The notes beneath the pieces are model-generated. The model searched no databases and was not told where the DNA came from. It worked only from the letters and a program-made list of their open reading frames with translations. Of a stretch of 50,896 nt of DNA, positions 34,435-47,578 are shown piece by piece. The stretch is taken from positions 119,966,230-120,017,125 of the forward strand of contig NC_068985.1 in assembly GCF_001194135.2 (NCBI RefSeq), read 5' to 3'. Numbering within the stretch: position 1 is the first letter of the stretch; the number at the start of each line of letters is the position of its first letter. Both the position numbers and the translations under genes were made by a program. This stretch comes from Octopus bimaculoides. Taxonomy: Eukaryota.

Positions 34435-37400
34435 CTGTAAGGAAATCATAATTCTCAGAATCTTATACATGTTGTTCACCCCTAGAGGCGAACGCGAATT
34501 AAAAAATATTATTGGTCGCACATAGAGAGTATGTGTTTTATTTATACGCCAAAGTTCCTGCGAAACAGTGTCCAGTAAATGCTCCCACCCCGACGCCGAG
34601 CGTTACGGAACACTGACATGGTATTCATAATCCATAATCATGGTGAAATATCGGGTATCTAGCATTCTCGGCATCCGAGCGAGACGAGTTTTCCCGCCTG
34701 CTCTATGACATTCGCTGTTCTTTAACACTCGGTATCATGTAGGGAGCTTTACCAAGAGTTTATACTGCAGCAAATTTGGCGATAAAGGAAACACGTACGC
34801 TATATATGCTCGACTCATAATGTTTACATTTCTGGAAGTATTTTTAATCCGTAAAATAATTACAAATTATTTTAAAATGTCGTAGAAGTAGAGTTTCCTG
34901 AGTTTTAGAAAATTCATTTTTCAGGTTTGAGATGAAAAGTAAATGGAAGTGAAAACTAGTTTCCTTATTTTACAAATCTTCTCTAATTATATACATATTC
35001 AATATATATGCAAGCACTTGTATACGTTTAAAATTGCTATATATTATACACAAGACACATATACATAATTATTCGTATGTAAATACGATATCCATCCATC
35101 CATCCATCCATCCATCCATCCATACATGCATACATACATGCATACATACATGCATACATACATATATAAATATATATTTATGTATATATTACCTTTATGC
35201 AAATAAATATACTCTCGCGGCACACAAATAACACACACGTGCTTGTAGAGTGTAAAAGTGCACACATCCCCACTTATTTAAACCAAAATAAACAGAAACA
35301 TTAATAATGTTGGTAAGGTTAACATTTCCCCATATTTTTGCCACGTTTGTGCCTCTACATAAACATCATTAATATACTTTATCTTCATAAAACCCCAAAC
35401 GGAAGAGTATAGAATAGAAAAACAACGAGAAACGGCACCAAATTTAATTAATTAACGCAAATACGACTGGCTAGAAGAGAAATCAAATCAAACCTAGATA
35501 AAAATTCAAAAACACAAACAAATCTTGGGAAAGATACATTTATATTATAGGTTGGCACACTGTGTATAAAACAAGACCGATATCAATGCCACTAATAGCA
35601 AAGTGTTGCCAAATGAACACTGAAGAAGAATTTGGCATCATTTTTCCTGGCAGCAGATGATAATGAGACTAGCAGCGAATCATCGCAAATTGGTTAACTA
35701 AATTAACGTCGTTTTAAATGGAGGATCATATAGTTATGTCTGCATACATAAAGTTTTAAGCAAATTGAAGAATTTGATTGAGATTGAGAAAAGTTACTTA
35801 AATACGAATTGCTTTGCAAGCCTCTGGTTAGCACAGATTTGGCTGACCTATGATCTTATGTATTCAAACTGTGAACATTTCTTCTTTGTTTCAGATATAA
35901 TATATCCAGAACAAATAACATTCCACCTGAATACGCCTGTCGCCTTCCTCTGTGTTTTTATTTTTGAAACAATAAGACGTGATTTGTAGGTGTTTTCATT
36001 GTTATTTCAAGCAGATTTAGCGAATCCATATCTGCATGTTGTCTTGTATCATTCACGCACTGCGGTAATAATGATGATGGTGGTGGTTGTGGTTGTGGTA
36101 GTGTTGGTTGTGGTGACGGTGATGATGAGGATGATGACGACTATGGTTATAATGATGACGATGATGAATACAATATGTGATATTATTGCTCGTCATGACG
36201 TTCATACGAGTGATACGCTTCTAATAAGGTTACATCCGTATGGGTGTTTCAGTGGACACTCATACCTACTAACGAAACCGAAGAAATAACGGAAGTCTTC
36301 AATATAACGAAATTATAGCTGGTGTTATGTTTTATATAAACTTAATTATGGAAGGAAATCGAAACCAGAATTTAAATCTTTAACATAACGAAACTAGTTC
36401 GATTGACGTAATAAAATATGTTCAAGCGTTACACAGTCTAGATTAACATAATAAAATGAGTTCGAGTGTTACACAGCCTTATTATATGGAAGGAAATTCA
36501 AGACATAATCGAAATCTTCAACAAATAACACATGATCCATGAAGCAGTATAGACGTATGCATCAAACTAGAATCGAGAATATTTATAACGTGGAACATTA
36601 TTTTATTTTTTTATTTGCTGTAACATGATATGTACTGTACTTTCACATATTTTTGGTGAACGTAGTGCTAAAGTGACTTTGAAGATAAATGATTCATTTT
36701 GAACATGTGTGGAAGTTTTCTTATAGGAGCTAAACAAGCAATAACAAGTTATTATTTCTTGAAAGTTTTCATTTTGTTTAGCTACAGATGAAGCCTGATC
36801 TAGCCTGTCGTAGATCAAAAGATAGTCAAGCAATTACCATTCCGTCATTTTTTGCCGCATGTAAGGGCTACATTAGCTAACGCGTCTTTTCCTTATTTAA
36901 AACGGTAGAATATGATTAAATAGAGACTTGGTTGTTCTGCCTAGTAGGTTGGATGATCATGTGGTGGTTTTGTTGTGAGGTCTAGAAAATTAAGGGAAGA
37001 TGTAGAATATTTCTCGTTTGCTCTTAAGAGTAAAGATATATGCAGCGGTCGTTTACAAAGTAGATTTATAAAGGAACTGGAAATCCTGTTATCGATTATT
37101 TTCGATAAGTGAAAAGGTAAACTTGTAGCGAATGAGCCAGATTTGATTAAATTGATTCTATTGTCAATTCCTCACTTTCGCTTTCCTCTTCTCCCTCCTC
37201 TTTTTCTTTCGTGCTCTCTTTCTCTGTTGCATGTTATTTCATTAAATCGTTTAAGAGTTTCAATTTTGCAGTATATCAGAGCTTCATACAGGTTTTTGTA
37301 GCGTTAAATGGACGAAAGATAAATCTGGTCATGGTTAGGGAGCTGTTCTAACAGAGATGTATTTTCTTGCAGAAGGAATTTAACACGAAACTCTAAGAAG

Positions 37401-38125
37401 AAGAATTTTTTGTCAATCATAGAATTTAACGCTGTTTATAGCAACAAACAGTGCTAGGATGGATGATAATTGTGTGGTATGAGATGAAATGGTAGAGTCA
37501 TATTTCCTGTCTTTGGGCTGATTGATCGCCATTTTGTTGATAATATTGTTTACATTCTCAATATTATGTTAAGGCAATGAATTAGCAGAATTTTTAGTGT
37601 TGCATACCTTGTAATATTAGTTGCAATTCCCTACACACTGAGTTCAAACATGCCTACCGAAGTCAAATATTCCTTTCAGCTTTTCGGGAGTGATAGAAAA
37701 TACCAATCTAGTAGTGAGCATTTGGGGGAAATATTAAAGTGTCGGAGGGAATAACTCGCATTGTTTCTTCCAGATCTTTGCATTCTGGCAATAGCGCCTG
37801 TGACAACACTGGTGCAAAAATGTATCTGCTTTAGTCAGCTACCTTCCTCGTGGTTATACGACGATGGAGATTTGAACGTGTGGGCAACTAGCAGTTTTCC
37901 TCGAAAACATCTTGTCCGGGTCTGCACAGACATATGTCGATGGCCTGAACATATGATAAATGCGTTATTGCATCGACAACACAATAATCTCAAATGCAAC
38001 TATTATTATTTTTTCTTTTGGCTGTATTCTGTCTCATTCTGTCTCACATATTTCTATCTTTCCCTATCATATTTCTGGCAGCTGAACTAATTTATGCACC
38101 ACTTATATTTTTAAATGTAAGATAT

Positions 38126-38560
38126 AGGCGCAGGCGTGGTTGTATGGTAAGAGACATGCATCGCAATCACATGGTTCTGGTTTCAGTCCCATTGCATGGT
38201 ACCTTAAGCAAGTGTCTTCCACTAAAGCTTCGGCCGACCAAAGCTTTGTGAGTAGAAACCGAAAAAAACCGACACACACATACACACATACACATACACA
38301 CATATATACGTGTGTGTGAGTGCGTGTCTGTGTGTGTGTGTCATGTTTGTCCAATCACCATTTGGCAACCGGTGTTGGTGCGTTTACGTCCTCGTAACTT
38401 AGCGTTTCGGCGAAAGGGGCCGATGAATAACTACTAAGCTTTAAAAAATAAGTCCGGGGGGGGGGCATTTGTTCGACTAAAAAAACCTTTCAATGTGGTG
38501 CTCCAGCATGGCCACAGTCAAATGACTGAAAGAAGTAAAAAGATAAAATAATAAAAAGAA
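38126..38560 (+). mobile_element. SINE family A, full length
   Basis: GGCGCAGGCGTGGTTGTATGGTAAG (A-box-like)...GGTTTCAGTCCC (B-box-like)...internal (CA)/(GT)...GCTCCAGCATGGCCACAGTCAAATGACTGAAAG. Confidence 0.9.
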
Positions 38561-39574
38561 TATGACTTGTTTCAAGTTAGCTATTTCTAAGCTATTTCTA
38601 TTTCTAGGAGGTCAAGTAAATACTTAGAGGCATACAAGTTGACCCTATGAGAGAGACATGATTGATATTCGTCATTAATAGTCTTTGTGTCATTTCATAG
38701 ACGTAGATTTTCTTTGATAGTAAAACAGCCTAACACTCATTGGTCTAGTTCATTCAGGTAATGCTAGTTGCTTTTATTATAGTTATTGTTGATGTTGCTA
38801 TCGGGGTTGATGATGTCCTTTTGCCCTAGTTATTGTAGATGTTGTAATTGTTGCTATTATGTAACTTCAAGTCAACCCTGAGGTTACAGACGAGTGACAT
38901 GCAGGTTGTTTGTCTTGTTCAATAGCCTTGATCCGCAGACCCACGTTTCCGCTTATTTGAAAAAAACTATACTGCACAATTCGACCTGCAATTATTGTGT
39001 GAGTTGCATTGATGCACTCTAGACACTTTACATTCTCTCCATTGTTACTGCACGTCTGTAGATTCTGGTAGACGCAGTCATTTCTTTTTCAACTATGACT
39101 AATTCACCACTCCATGTCGCTGGCGGGCCCGTGAAAAACTAGAATAGGTGTATACCACATATGAAATATAAACCCCGTTTCAGACGCTCAGCAAATATTT
39201 CAGCAATTACTGCTAAATGCATATGATTCGTGTATAGATTATGGACATATGTGTGTATTTGTTGTGTACGTAATGAATTAATACTTACATATAACGGAAC
39301 AGAAAAAAAAACATGAACGATTTATAAAGAAAACGTAATTCTGTATCGAAAGTCCTTCCCTATGTAGTTAACTGCCACGAAAAAATTCCTCAAAATCGTA
39401 GGTCCATTCCAAATGGGCGTCGAATAATGCTGTGACGTATTTGTACTAGATTCTTGACTTTTCGATTCAAATTCTGCCGATGCCTACATGGGTAGGATAT
39501 CCAATACGCCACCCAGAATTATCTCTTCTTCAGCAACATAATTGGAGTTCACTTAGTCGCAAGCATTATTAGGA

Positions 39575-39740
39575 TACACAAGCGTGGTCTAGTGATCGCA
39601 AGATCGTAGTTTCTATTCCTGACCCGGGGTGGGGGATGGTTACGTTCTTGACCAAAATACTACGTTTCACGTTGCTCCAGTCCGCTCAGTTGTAAAGGAT
39701 TATCACTGCAATGGACTACCTACCCGTTCAAGGTCACTTA
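39575..39740 (+). mobile_element. tRNA-derived SINE family D, degenerate; related fragment at 42715-42840
   Basis: Degenerate tRNA head, then TTTCACGTTGCTCCAGTCCGCTCAG...CTGCAATGGACTACCTACCCGTTCAAGG. Confidence 0.6.
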
Positions 39741-40117
39741 TTAGTGATGGAAACCATGTGACTTGAGACAATTATGTCCAGAGTTGGATAATGATTTTTG
39801 AAGCTAGTGCTCTGGTTTGAGGATACGTTTCGCTCTTGTCTATACAAGTCCTGCTACCCCCCCCCCCCCCNNNNNNNNNNNNNNNNNNNNNNNNNNNNNN
39901 NNNNNNNNNNNNNCACGCCTCCCAAAAGAGAAGGAAATGGTAACGTGCATCATGCGCACTAAATTTTTCCTCACTGAACGGTAGAAATATTGCCCGACCC
40001 TGACCTCCTTTCTTCATAGACCTTGGAGTGAGACAACTGTATGACTACTGAAGATGTTGTCAATGTTGGCTTCAGCCTCAGTAGTTCTCTAGAAGCTGAA
40101 CACTCGAGCGTATTAGT

Positions 40118-40304
40118 GCGTATATCTATATTCTTTTACTCTTTTACTTGTTTCAGTCTTTTGACTGTGGCCATGCTGGAGCACCGCCTTTTAGTCGAGC
40201 AAGTCGACCCCAGGACTTATTTTTTAGAAGCCTAGTACTTATTCTATCGGGGACATAAACACACCAGCATCGGTTGTCAAGCGATGTTGGGGGGACAAAC
40301 ACAC

Positions 40305-40320
<16 letters not shown>
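40118..40320 (-). mobile_element. SINE family A, 3' half running into a gap
   Basis: CTTTTACTTGTTTCAGTC...GGCCATGCTGGAGCACCGCC...TAGTACTTATTCTATCGG. Confidence 0.9.
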
Positions 40321-40337
<17 letters not shown>

Positions 40338-40826
40338 NNNNNNNNNNNNNNNNNNNNNNNNNNNNNNNNNNNNNNNNNNNNNNNNNNNNNNNNNNNNNNN
40401 NNNNNNNNNNNNNNNNNNNNNNNNNNNNNNNNNNNNNNNNNNNNNNNNNNNNNNNNNNNNNNNNNNNNNNNNNNNNNNNNNNNNNNNNNNNNNNNNNNNN
40501 NNNNNNNNNNNNNNNNNNNNNNNNNNNNNNNNNNNNNNNNNNNNNNNNNNNNNNNNNNNNNNNNNNNNNNNNNNNNNNNNNNNNNNNNNNNNNNNNNNNN
40601 NNNNNNNNNNNNNNNNNNNNNNNNNNNNNNNNNNNNNNNNNNNNNNNNNNNNNNNNNNNNNNNNNNNNNNNNNNNNNNNNNNNNNNNNNNNNNNNNNNNN
40701 NNNNNNNNNNNNNNNNNNNNNNNNNNNNNNNNNNNNNNNNNNTATCCTTTTATTCTTCTATTCTTTTACTTGTTTCAATCATTTGACAGTGGCCATGCTG
40801 GGGCACTGCCGTAAAAGGTTTTCTAC

Positions 40827-40865
<39 letters not shown>

Positions 40866-41524
40866 GTGTGTATATATGACGATGATGGTGTCCATGCGTG
40901 ACAGAGGAAGACCATCACTGACCATTTCCCATGCAAAATATCAGAAATGTTTGCGCAAAATTTTAGGTCCGTTGAATCATGCACATCACATCATAGGCGC
41001 TTTGGACCCTATTGACATGAACCAGAGACAAGTCGGGACAACACATCTAATGCAAATATAGGTCACAAGCTTAGGACTATGGGATCTCCGGGCTGTGCGG
41101 GCACCAACATCTCAAACGCATGAAAAAGATCCCTAAACTCTCCAATGTCATTCCCTGCATATCATGTTATATAGTATATTGTTTATTTGCCAGTCAGCTT
41201 GTCTATCTGTCTGTTTTCCATGCATATTTACAATATATCTTATACACACGCAAAAACACTCAGGCACGCGTGCGCAAACACACATGTACCCCCCCCCCAC
41301 ACACACACACATATGTGTAGGTGTAGATAAACGTTTGAATGTTCAAATGTGAAATCATGCTCTGCTAAAACATAATAAATCATAAACCTGATATATATGT
41401 GTGTAGATATGAGCGTACGTGCATATTATGTATACGTGCACACTAACATTAAAAACATATGCACTATGTCTGTTTGTATACACACACACACACACACACA
41501 CATACATACACACACACACACACG

Positions 41525-41565
<41 letters not shown>

Positions 41566-43129
41566 NNNNNNNNNNNNNNNNNNNNNNNNNNNNNNNNNNN
41601 NNNNNNNNNNNNNNNNNNNNNNNNNNNNNNNNNNNNNNNNNNNNNNNNNNNNNNNNNNNNNNNNNNNNNNNNNNNNNNNNNNNNNNNNNNNNNNNNNNNN
41701 NNNNNNNNNNNNNNNNNNNNNNNNNNNNNNNNNNNNNNNNNNNNNNNNNNNNNNNNNNNNNNNNNNNNNNNNNNNNNNNNNNNNNNNNNNNNNNNNNNNN
41801 NNNNNNNNNNNNNNNNNNNNNNNNNNNNNNNNNNNNNNNNNNNNNNNNNNNNNNNNNNNNNNNNNNNNNNNNNNNNNNNNNNNNNNNNCAATAACAATGT
41901 TTACAACAACAACAACAACAACACTCTATAAAATAATCCCAGCAATGTTGAAAATATATATTATTTTCATAATTTTAGAAAAGATAATACGGAAATGAAT
42001 TTACCCAAGAGGCTAATATCAGATGTTTTTAAGATGGCGCTGCTATCGCACATCCTGTTGCTTTTTATCTAAATAACCCGGTAATGTATGATTCGTCAAT
42101 GAAAATATAGTTATTTAATAACCAGTCTGTTACTCTCTCTGCCTCTCTCTTTCACTCCCTTTAGTTCACCCCCACCCGTCTTTCTTTTTGAATTACAATA
42201 TTTCTCCTGAATCTCTTTCTCCTCATTTCTCCCTCTCTCTCACACACACCCCTCCTCTTTCTCCATTGTTCTTACTCGCTGTTGTTGTTATTTTTTTAAA
42301 TTGTAATTTCCCCTTTCTTTTATTACGCTCATTATATACTATTACTTGTCATGAACATCAATGTACCTAGGTATATTTATGGATTGGTTATTTGAATAAA
42401 GGAGACGACGACGACGACCACCACCACTACTACTAGTAATAATGAAGAAGAAGAAGAAGAAGAAGGAGGAGGAGTCGGAGGAGGAAGAAGGAGAGGGGTA
42501 AAAAGAAAAGGAATGCGGTTACGTATAACCTTATTGCAACTTGATTTTTCTACATATTTCTCCCTCCCGTAAGTAAACTGCGAATTTTCTCGACTAAGTA
42601 CACGGTATTGAACATGGAAGTAGAAAAACGCACACATATCAGCTCTCAAAACATGTCAGATAACCATCAAACACTTATCCAAAACTAAACATAACAGTTA
42701 CGCAGTTTATAGTGACAAGCTGTGAAGCCGTATGACTTATTCAATTCCTGTCGCGGGCAGCTTTTGTATTTTTAAGCAAGGCACCTCATTTCGTGTTGCT
42801 CCTGTCTACTCAGCTGTAAATGAATTCCAGTTGGGTGTCTGTGCAGCTCTTTCTCCCTTTCCTCTCTCCTCTCTCTCCCCCCTCTCTCTCTCTCTCTCAA
42901 AATAAAAGTACCCGTTCATCTTAAATAAATAACGCTGTAATATCGCCCTATGTAAAACTAGGCAAATTAGCAGAATCAAGAAATCAATGAATCGAATATT
43001 CTTGCTGTATTTATTCTGGATTCATGATTTGTGAGTCACCCCTGTGTTTTAACCGGTTTACGTTTTTTTTTTGGCATGGGATAGATAGATAGAGCAGTGC
43101 GCATGAGCTTCCAGGGCTTCTGTTTCTGG

Positions 43130-43300
43130 TGACAAGGAATGATCATATTATTATCAAACTGGAAACAGGGACCGAATTTTTGCAATAGAATGGTCTCTTG
43201 CCATAAAGGCACAAAAGTGAGAGACATTTTACCAAGTTGATCGCAGTGGGATTTGAACTCAGAACGCAAAGAGCTGGAAAATTTATTGTAAGGCATCAGG
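43130..43300 (-). mobile_element. SINE family B-related, diverged
   Basis: GTGGGATTTGAACTCAGAACGCAAAG is the B-box segment in reverse. Confidence 0.6.
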
Positions 43301-43366
43301 CTCGACCTTCTTACAGTTCTCTCAATACGCTACATTGGATTAGTACTAGTTTTATCGACGCAGGAT

Positions 43367-43760
43367 GGAGGCGCAATGGCCCAGTGGTTAGGGCAGCGGA
43401 CTCGCGGTCATAGGATCGCGGTTTCGATTCCCAGACCGGGCGTTGTGAGTGTTTATTGAGCGAAAACACCTAAAGCTCCACGAGGCTCCGGCAGGGAATG
43501 GTGGTGAACCTTGCTGTACTCTTTCACCACAACTTTCTGTCACTCTTACTTCCTGTTTCTGTTGTGCCTGTAATTCAAAGGGCCAGCCTTGTCACACTGT
43601 CACACTGAATATCCCCGAGAACTACGTTAAGGGTACACGTGTCTGTGGAGTGCTAAGCCACTTCCACGTTAATTTCACGAGCAGGCTGTTCGGTTGCACC
43701 CTACCCATCGTTCTAATGACTTTGCTAATTCACCGTCTTACGGGGCTTAATAAATAAAGT
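43367..43760 (+). mobile_element. tRNA-derived SINE family C, well preserved
   Basis: GGCGCAATGGCCCAGTGGTTAGGGCAGCGG (A box)...GGTTTCGATTCCC (B box) with no cloverleaf closure, then ~300 nt of non-tRNA body. Confidence 0.85.
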
Positions 43761-44341
43761 ACCAGTCAAATTGTAGGTAAGGTTCGTTTATTTCCTTTCT
43801 TGTCTCGTTCACTCTCTGAGGATTATCTAAGCTGGAGATTAGTTAGTACATCCGAAGCTAGGTAACATCAAACCACTTACATAGAAACTTATTTTAAAAC
43901 TAAGGGTGACATTAGGGCAAGTCACTCGATGACGCACCTTTCTTTTATACACACTTCATTGTTCTAACTCTCTGCACTCTTATTTCAAATCGTACTCTGG
44001 TCGACATAGTATTTGATCTTTCCGGAGACATTAATTGAATAAGCAGTGATGTATTGGAGTTGATTATTCCGCCAAGCTTCTTGTCTCTATGCCTGCCTGC
44101 CTATATGTCTGCGTGTGTCCGGCTGCCTGATTGTCTGTCTGTTCCTTCATTACTTCTTTCATTCCTTCTTTCATTCCTTTCTTCCTTTCTTTCTTTCCTT
44201 CTTCCTTCCTTCCTTTCTTTCTTTCTTTCTTTTCTTACAAAATATTTTCTTCACCTCCAAAATGGAGAAAAGTTGGGTATGTGGCTCGCAACTTCTGCTA
44301 AGAAAAAACAGTTACGTTTCTAGTACTTTCCNNNNNNNNNN

Positions 44342-44496
44342 AAATAAGTAAATAAATAAATAAAATAAATAAATACAGGAATCAATAAATAAGTAAATAA
44401 ATAAATAAAATAAATAAATACAGGAATCAATAAATAAGTAAATTAATAAATAAAATAAATAAATACAGGAATCAATAAATAAGTAAATTAATAAAT
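44342..44496. repeat. 45-bp minisatellite, ~3.4 copies
   Basis: Unit AAATAAGTAAATAAATAAATAAAATAAATAAATACAGGAATCAAT; abuts a gap. Confidence 0.95.
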
Positions 44497-44884
44497 TTAG
44501 AAGTATATTATCAAATATATCCATATAATAGTTTTATATGCGTGTGTGATATAAGGAAAATATGGCTACTGTTTCAAGCAGTTTACTTTTATTTCCTCAT
44601 TGGTTTCTGATATAAGCGACAATTTTGGGATCTATTCCATCTCAATCACAGATTTTTTTATTATTTTATTTTTTTAACTAATCAGTTTGAAACTTCGAAT
44701 ACTGGTAGAATTTGTCGTGTAGAACATAGTTTACTATGAACGTTTTTGACAAAATTTGGTATTTTAGAAGTTATTTTGCTCCGTCGAGAACATCTCTAGG
44801 ACTGTAATCTCAGTGACATCGGTAATTTGCCCGAGTATTTACGCTAAGGATTACGCACAGCTCTCACACATTCAGCTATGTACA

Positions 44885-45350
44885 AACTGTTTTAAGAAGT
44901 AAGTTGTGGTCATGCTGGGGTACTGCCATGATGGATTTAGTTGAACAAATGAACCTCAGTACTTATTTTTTAAAAGAAAAGTTTGGTAGCTATTTTATCG
45001 TTCTCCTTTTGCAGAACTGCTAAATTACGGAAACGTAAACAAACCTATACCAGTTGTCAAGTGGAGGGTAGGGGATAAACGCAAATACACACATGCACAC
45101 ACAAGCACATATATACACACGTACACATACACAGACACACACACACGCACAGACACACATACACATATACGATGAGCTTCCACACAGTTTCCGTCTACCA
45201 AATTCACTTGCAGCATATTACTCGCCAAGAGGTTATAAGTAGAAGACTATAGCTCCGTAGAAGACTACAGTCCAAGGTGCTGGAAAGTGGGACTAAACTC
45301 GAAACCTTGTGGTTGCAAAGCCAGCGTCTTGACCACACAGCCATGGTTGC
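44885..45350 (-). mobile_element. SINE family A, full length and diverged
   Basis: Head CATGGCTGTGTGGTCAAG at 45350, CAGTTTCCGTCTACCAAATTCAC, internal (CA)n, 3' GGTCATGCTGGGGTACTGCC. Confidence 0.8.
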
Positions 45351-45827
45351 ATTGGATCGCAGTGCAGCTTCAGCAGCACTGCGGTCTTGCGCAAGCAATG
45401 TTGATAATAAGTAAATAGAAAACATTTCCTTGTAGCAATTACGAGAAACTCGGGATTTTTGATAAATCTTATAAAGCTTGTATGTAGACAGTTCTAATTA
45501 TATCTTACTTTTTTTCTTTTCAGCTCTATTACTGTATTTATCTCTGCTCTGTCTGTCAATCTCTATCTGTCTGTCTTTCTGTCTGTCTCTCTCTCTTTCT
45601 TTCTTCCCCCCTCTCTCTCTCAGTCATCTCTATGTCAGTATATTACGTATATGTACGCGAATGCATGTGACTGTTTCATGTGTTACTTTATATTGATCAC
45701 TATTTTTTTTTCCTCTGCCAACTCTTCCCTTTTCTCTTATTTTTCATTTCTTTTTTTCTTTATATTCTTCAACTTCACCTTTCTTTCAATCTTCTTTTTA
45801 TACTTTTTCCCCTTCATCTTCATCACC

Positions 45828-46010
45828 TTTCTTCTTCTTCTTCTTCTTCTTCTTCTTCTTCTTCTTCTTCTTCTTCTTCTTCTTCTTCTTCTTCTTCTTC
45901 TCCTTCTTCTACTTCTCCTTCTTCTCCTCCTCCTTCTTCTTCTTCTTCTTCTTCTTCTTCTTCTTCTTCTTCTTCTTCTTCTTCTTCTTCTTCTTCTTCT
46001 TCTTTACTCC
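45828..46010. repeat. (TTC)n polypyrimidine tract
   Basis: Direct read; explains the poly-Leu and poly-Ser ORFs. Confidence 0.95.
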
Positions 46011-46171
46011 ATCTTCGTTTTCCCCCCTGTCCTCTTTCTCTTCACCCCTTTCTTTATCTTTTCTTCATCTTCATCTTCATCCCAAGCTTTATCCACTTCT
46101 TCTTCTGGACCATTTTCTTACGACTTCCACCACCACGACGACCACCACCACCACCACTGCAGGTACAGGCT

Positions 46172-46210
46172 TACCTTCAAGAACTATCCAGGACTGTATG
46201 AAGCAACCAT
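46172..46210 (-). CDS. Candidate 39-nt exon (phase 1/1)
   Basis: cctcacatctgttttcag| NGCFIQSWIVLE AG|gtaagc: near-consensus sites and one open frame, within low-complexity DNA. Confidence 0.35.
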
Positions 46211-46610
46211 TTCCTGAAAACAGATGTGAGGAACTCTTTCAAGTTTCCAATCCGATCTTTTGAAGAACGATGCCTCAACAGTTTTAACCTAATCTTTGTT
46301 GTAGTCTACATGTATGTGTGGGTGCGTGTATGCCATGCGTGTGTATGTGTGTGCACGCTTAAGCGCTTGTTTGTGTTCGTACGTGTATGTGTATATACGC
46401 GAACGTCTGTGTATGTGAGAGCGTGTGCGTACGTGTGTGTGCGTGTGTGAGCGTGCGTGTGTGTACCTGAATGTGAAAGTAGCATTGGCAGTGGTTGTGT
46501 AGGAGATGCTTACTGCTACCTTCTTTCCTCTATAGCTTCCCATTCATCATCGTCATCACCAACCCAACCCAACCCAACCACTACTACCACCACCGTCGTC
46601 GTCGTCATCG

Positions 46611-46647
<37 letters not shown>

Positions 46648-47373
46648 TACAGACATCATCATCGTCATCGTCATCATCATCATCATCATGCGCGTCAGTA
46701 TTAGGATCATCAATACTTGTATTAGTGACGTCACTCTCGCAACCGTAGTTTGTAGTTAGAAGCGTTCTTGTTATTGTTGATGGTGGTGTCCGTGTTGCTG
46801 TGATGTCTGTGTTTTGATTCTTGTTGTTGTGTAATGTATTTCATTCTTTTAATTCAAGTTCGACCTCAGACTCGTTTATTGGTTTTCTTTGTTAAGTTCT
46901 TTAAAATAATCAAAAAATCCTCGGTTTAGGGAACCCTTTGAAGTCTTGTAGCATTTACAGAGATGTACAAACAGCACTAGAAAAATCTGGAAATTTAAGT
47001 TCACATGAAGTAGAAGATACACATCCATTCTCTTTATGTGTTTATGCGCGGAGAGTATATACATGCACACACACATACACACAGACACACACACACACAC
47101 TCACACACACATATCGCACACACGCATATGTTTATGCATGTGTTTCTGCATATATATGTTTACAAAGATACTTTTATATATATNNNNNNNNNNNNNNNNN
47201 NNNNNNNNNNNNNNNNNNNNNNNNNNNNNNNNNNNNNNNNNNNNNNNNNNNNNNNNNNNNNNNNNNNNNNNNNNNNNNNNNNNNNNNNNNNNNNNNNNNN
47301 NNNNNNNNNNNNNNNNNNNNNNNNNNNNNNNNNNNNNNNNNNNNNNNNNNNNNNNNNNNNNNNNNNNNNNNNN

Positions 47374-47406
<33 letters not shown>

Positions 47407-47527
47407 TAGATAGATACATACATACATACATACATACAGACATACATACATACATACGTGCATACATGCATACATACATACATACATAGACAGGTAAATA
47501 GTATATTTGTAGACGTACATATATAAA

Positions 47528-47578
<51 letters not shown>

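Noticed and set aside
36690-36850. LTIF*STTG...LNKMKTF suggesting a hAT dimerisation remnant
   Set aside because: Too short and stop-ridden to support by eye.
39127-39147. GGGCCCGTGAAAAA matches the reverse of the putative Helitron end at 3952-3978
   Set aside because: Only 14 nt and the hairpin is incomplete; could be chance.
40890-41170. PHSP / ACDLYL peptides suggesting a Tc1/mariner remnant on the - strand
   Set aside because: The motif needs several frameshifts; no TIR or other catalytic residues are seen.
43367-43440. tRNA-like sequence with A and B boxes (also the heads at 8436, 27371 and 38126)
   Set aside because: No closed acceptor stem or terminator, and each continues into a repeat body; these are SINE heads, not tRNA genes.
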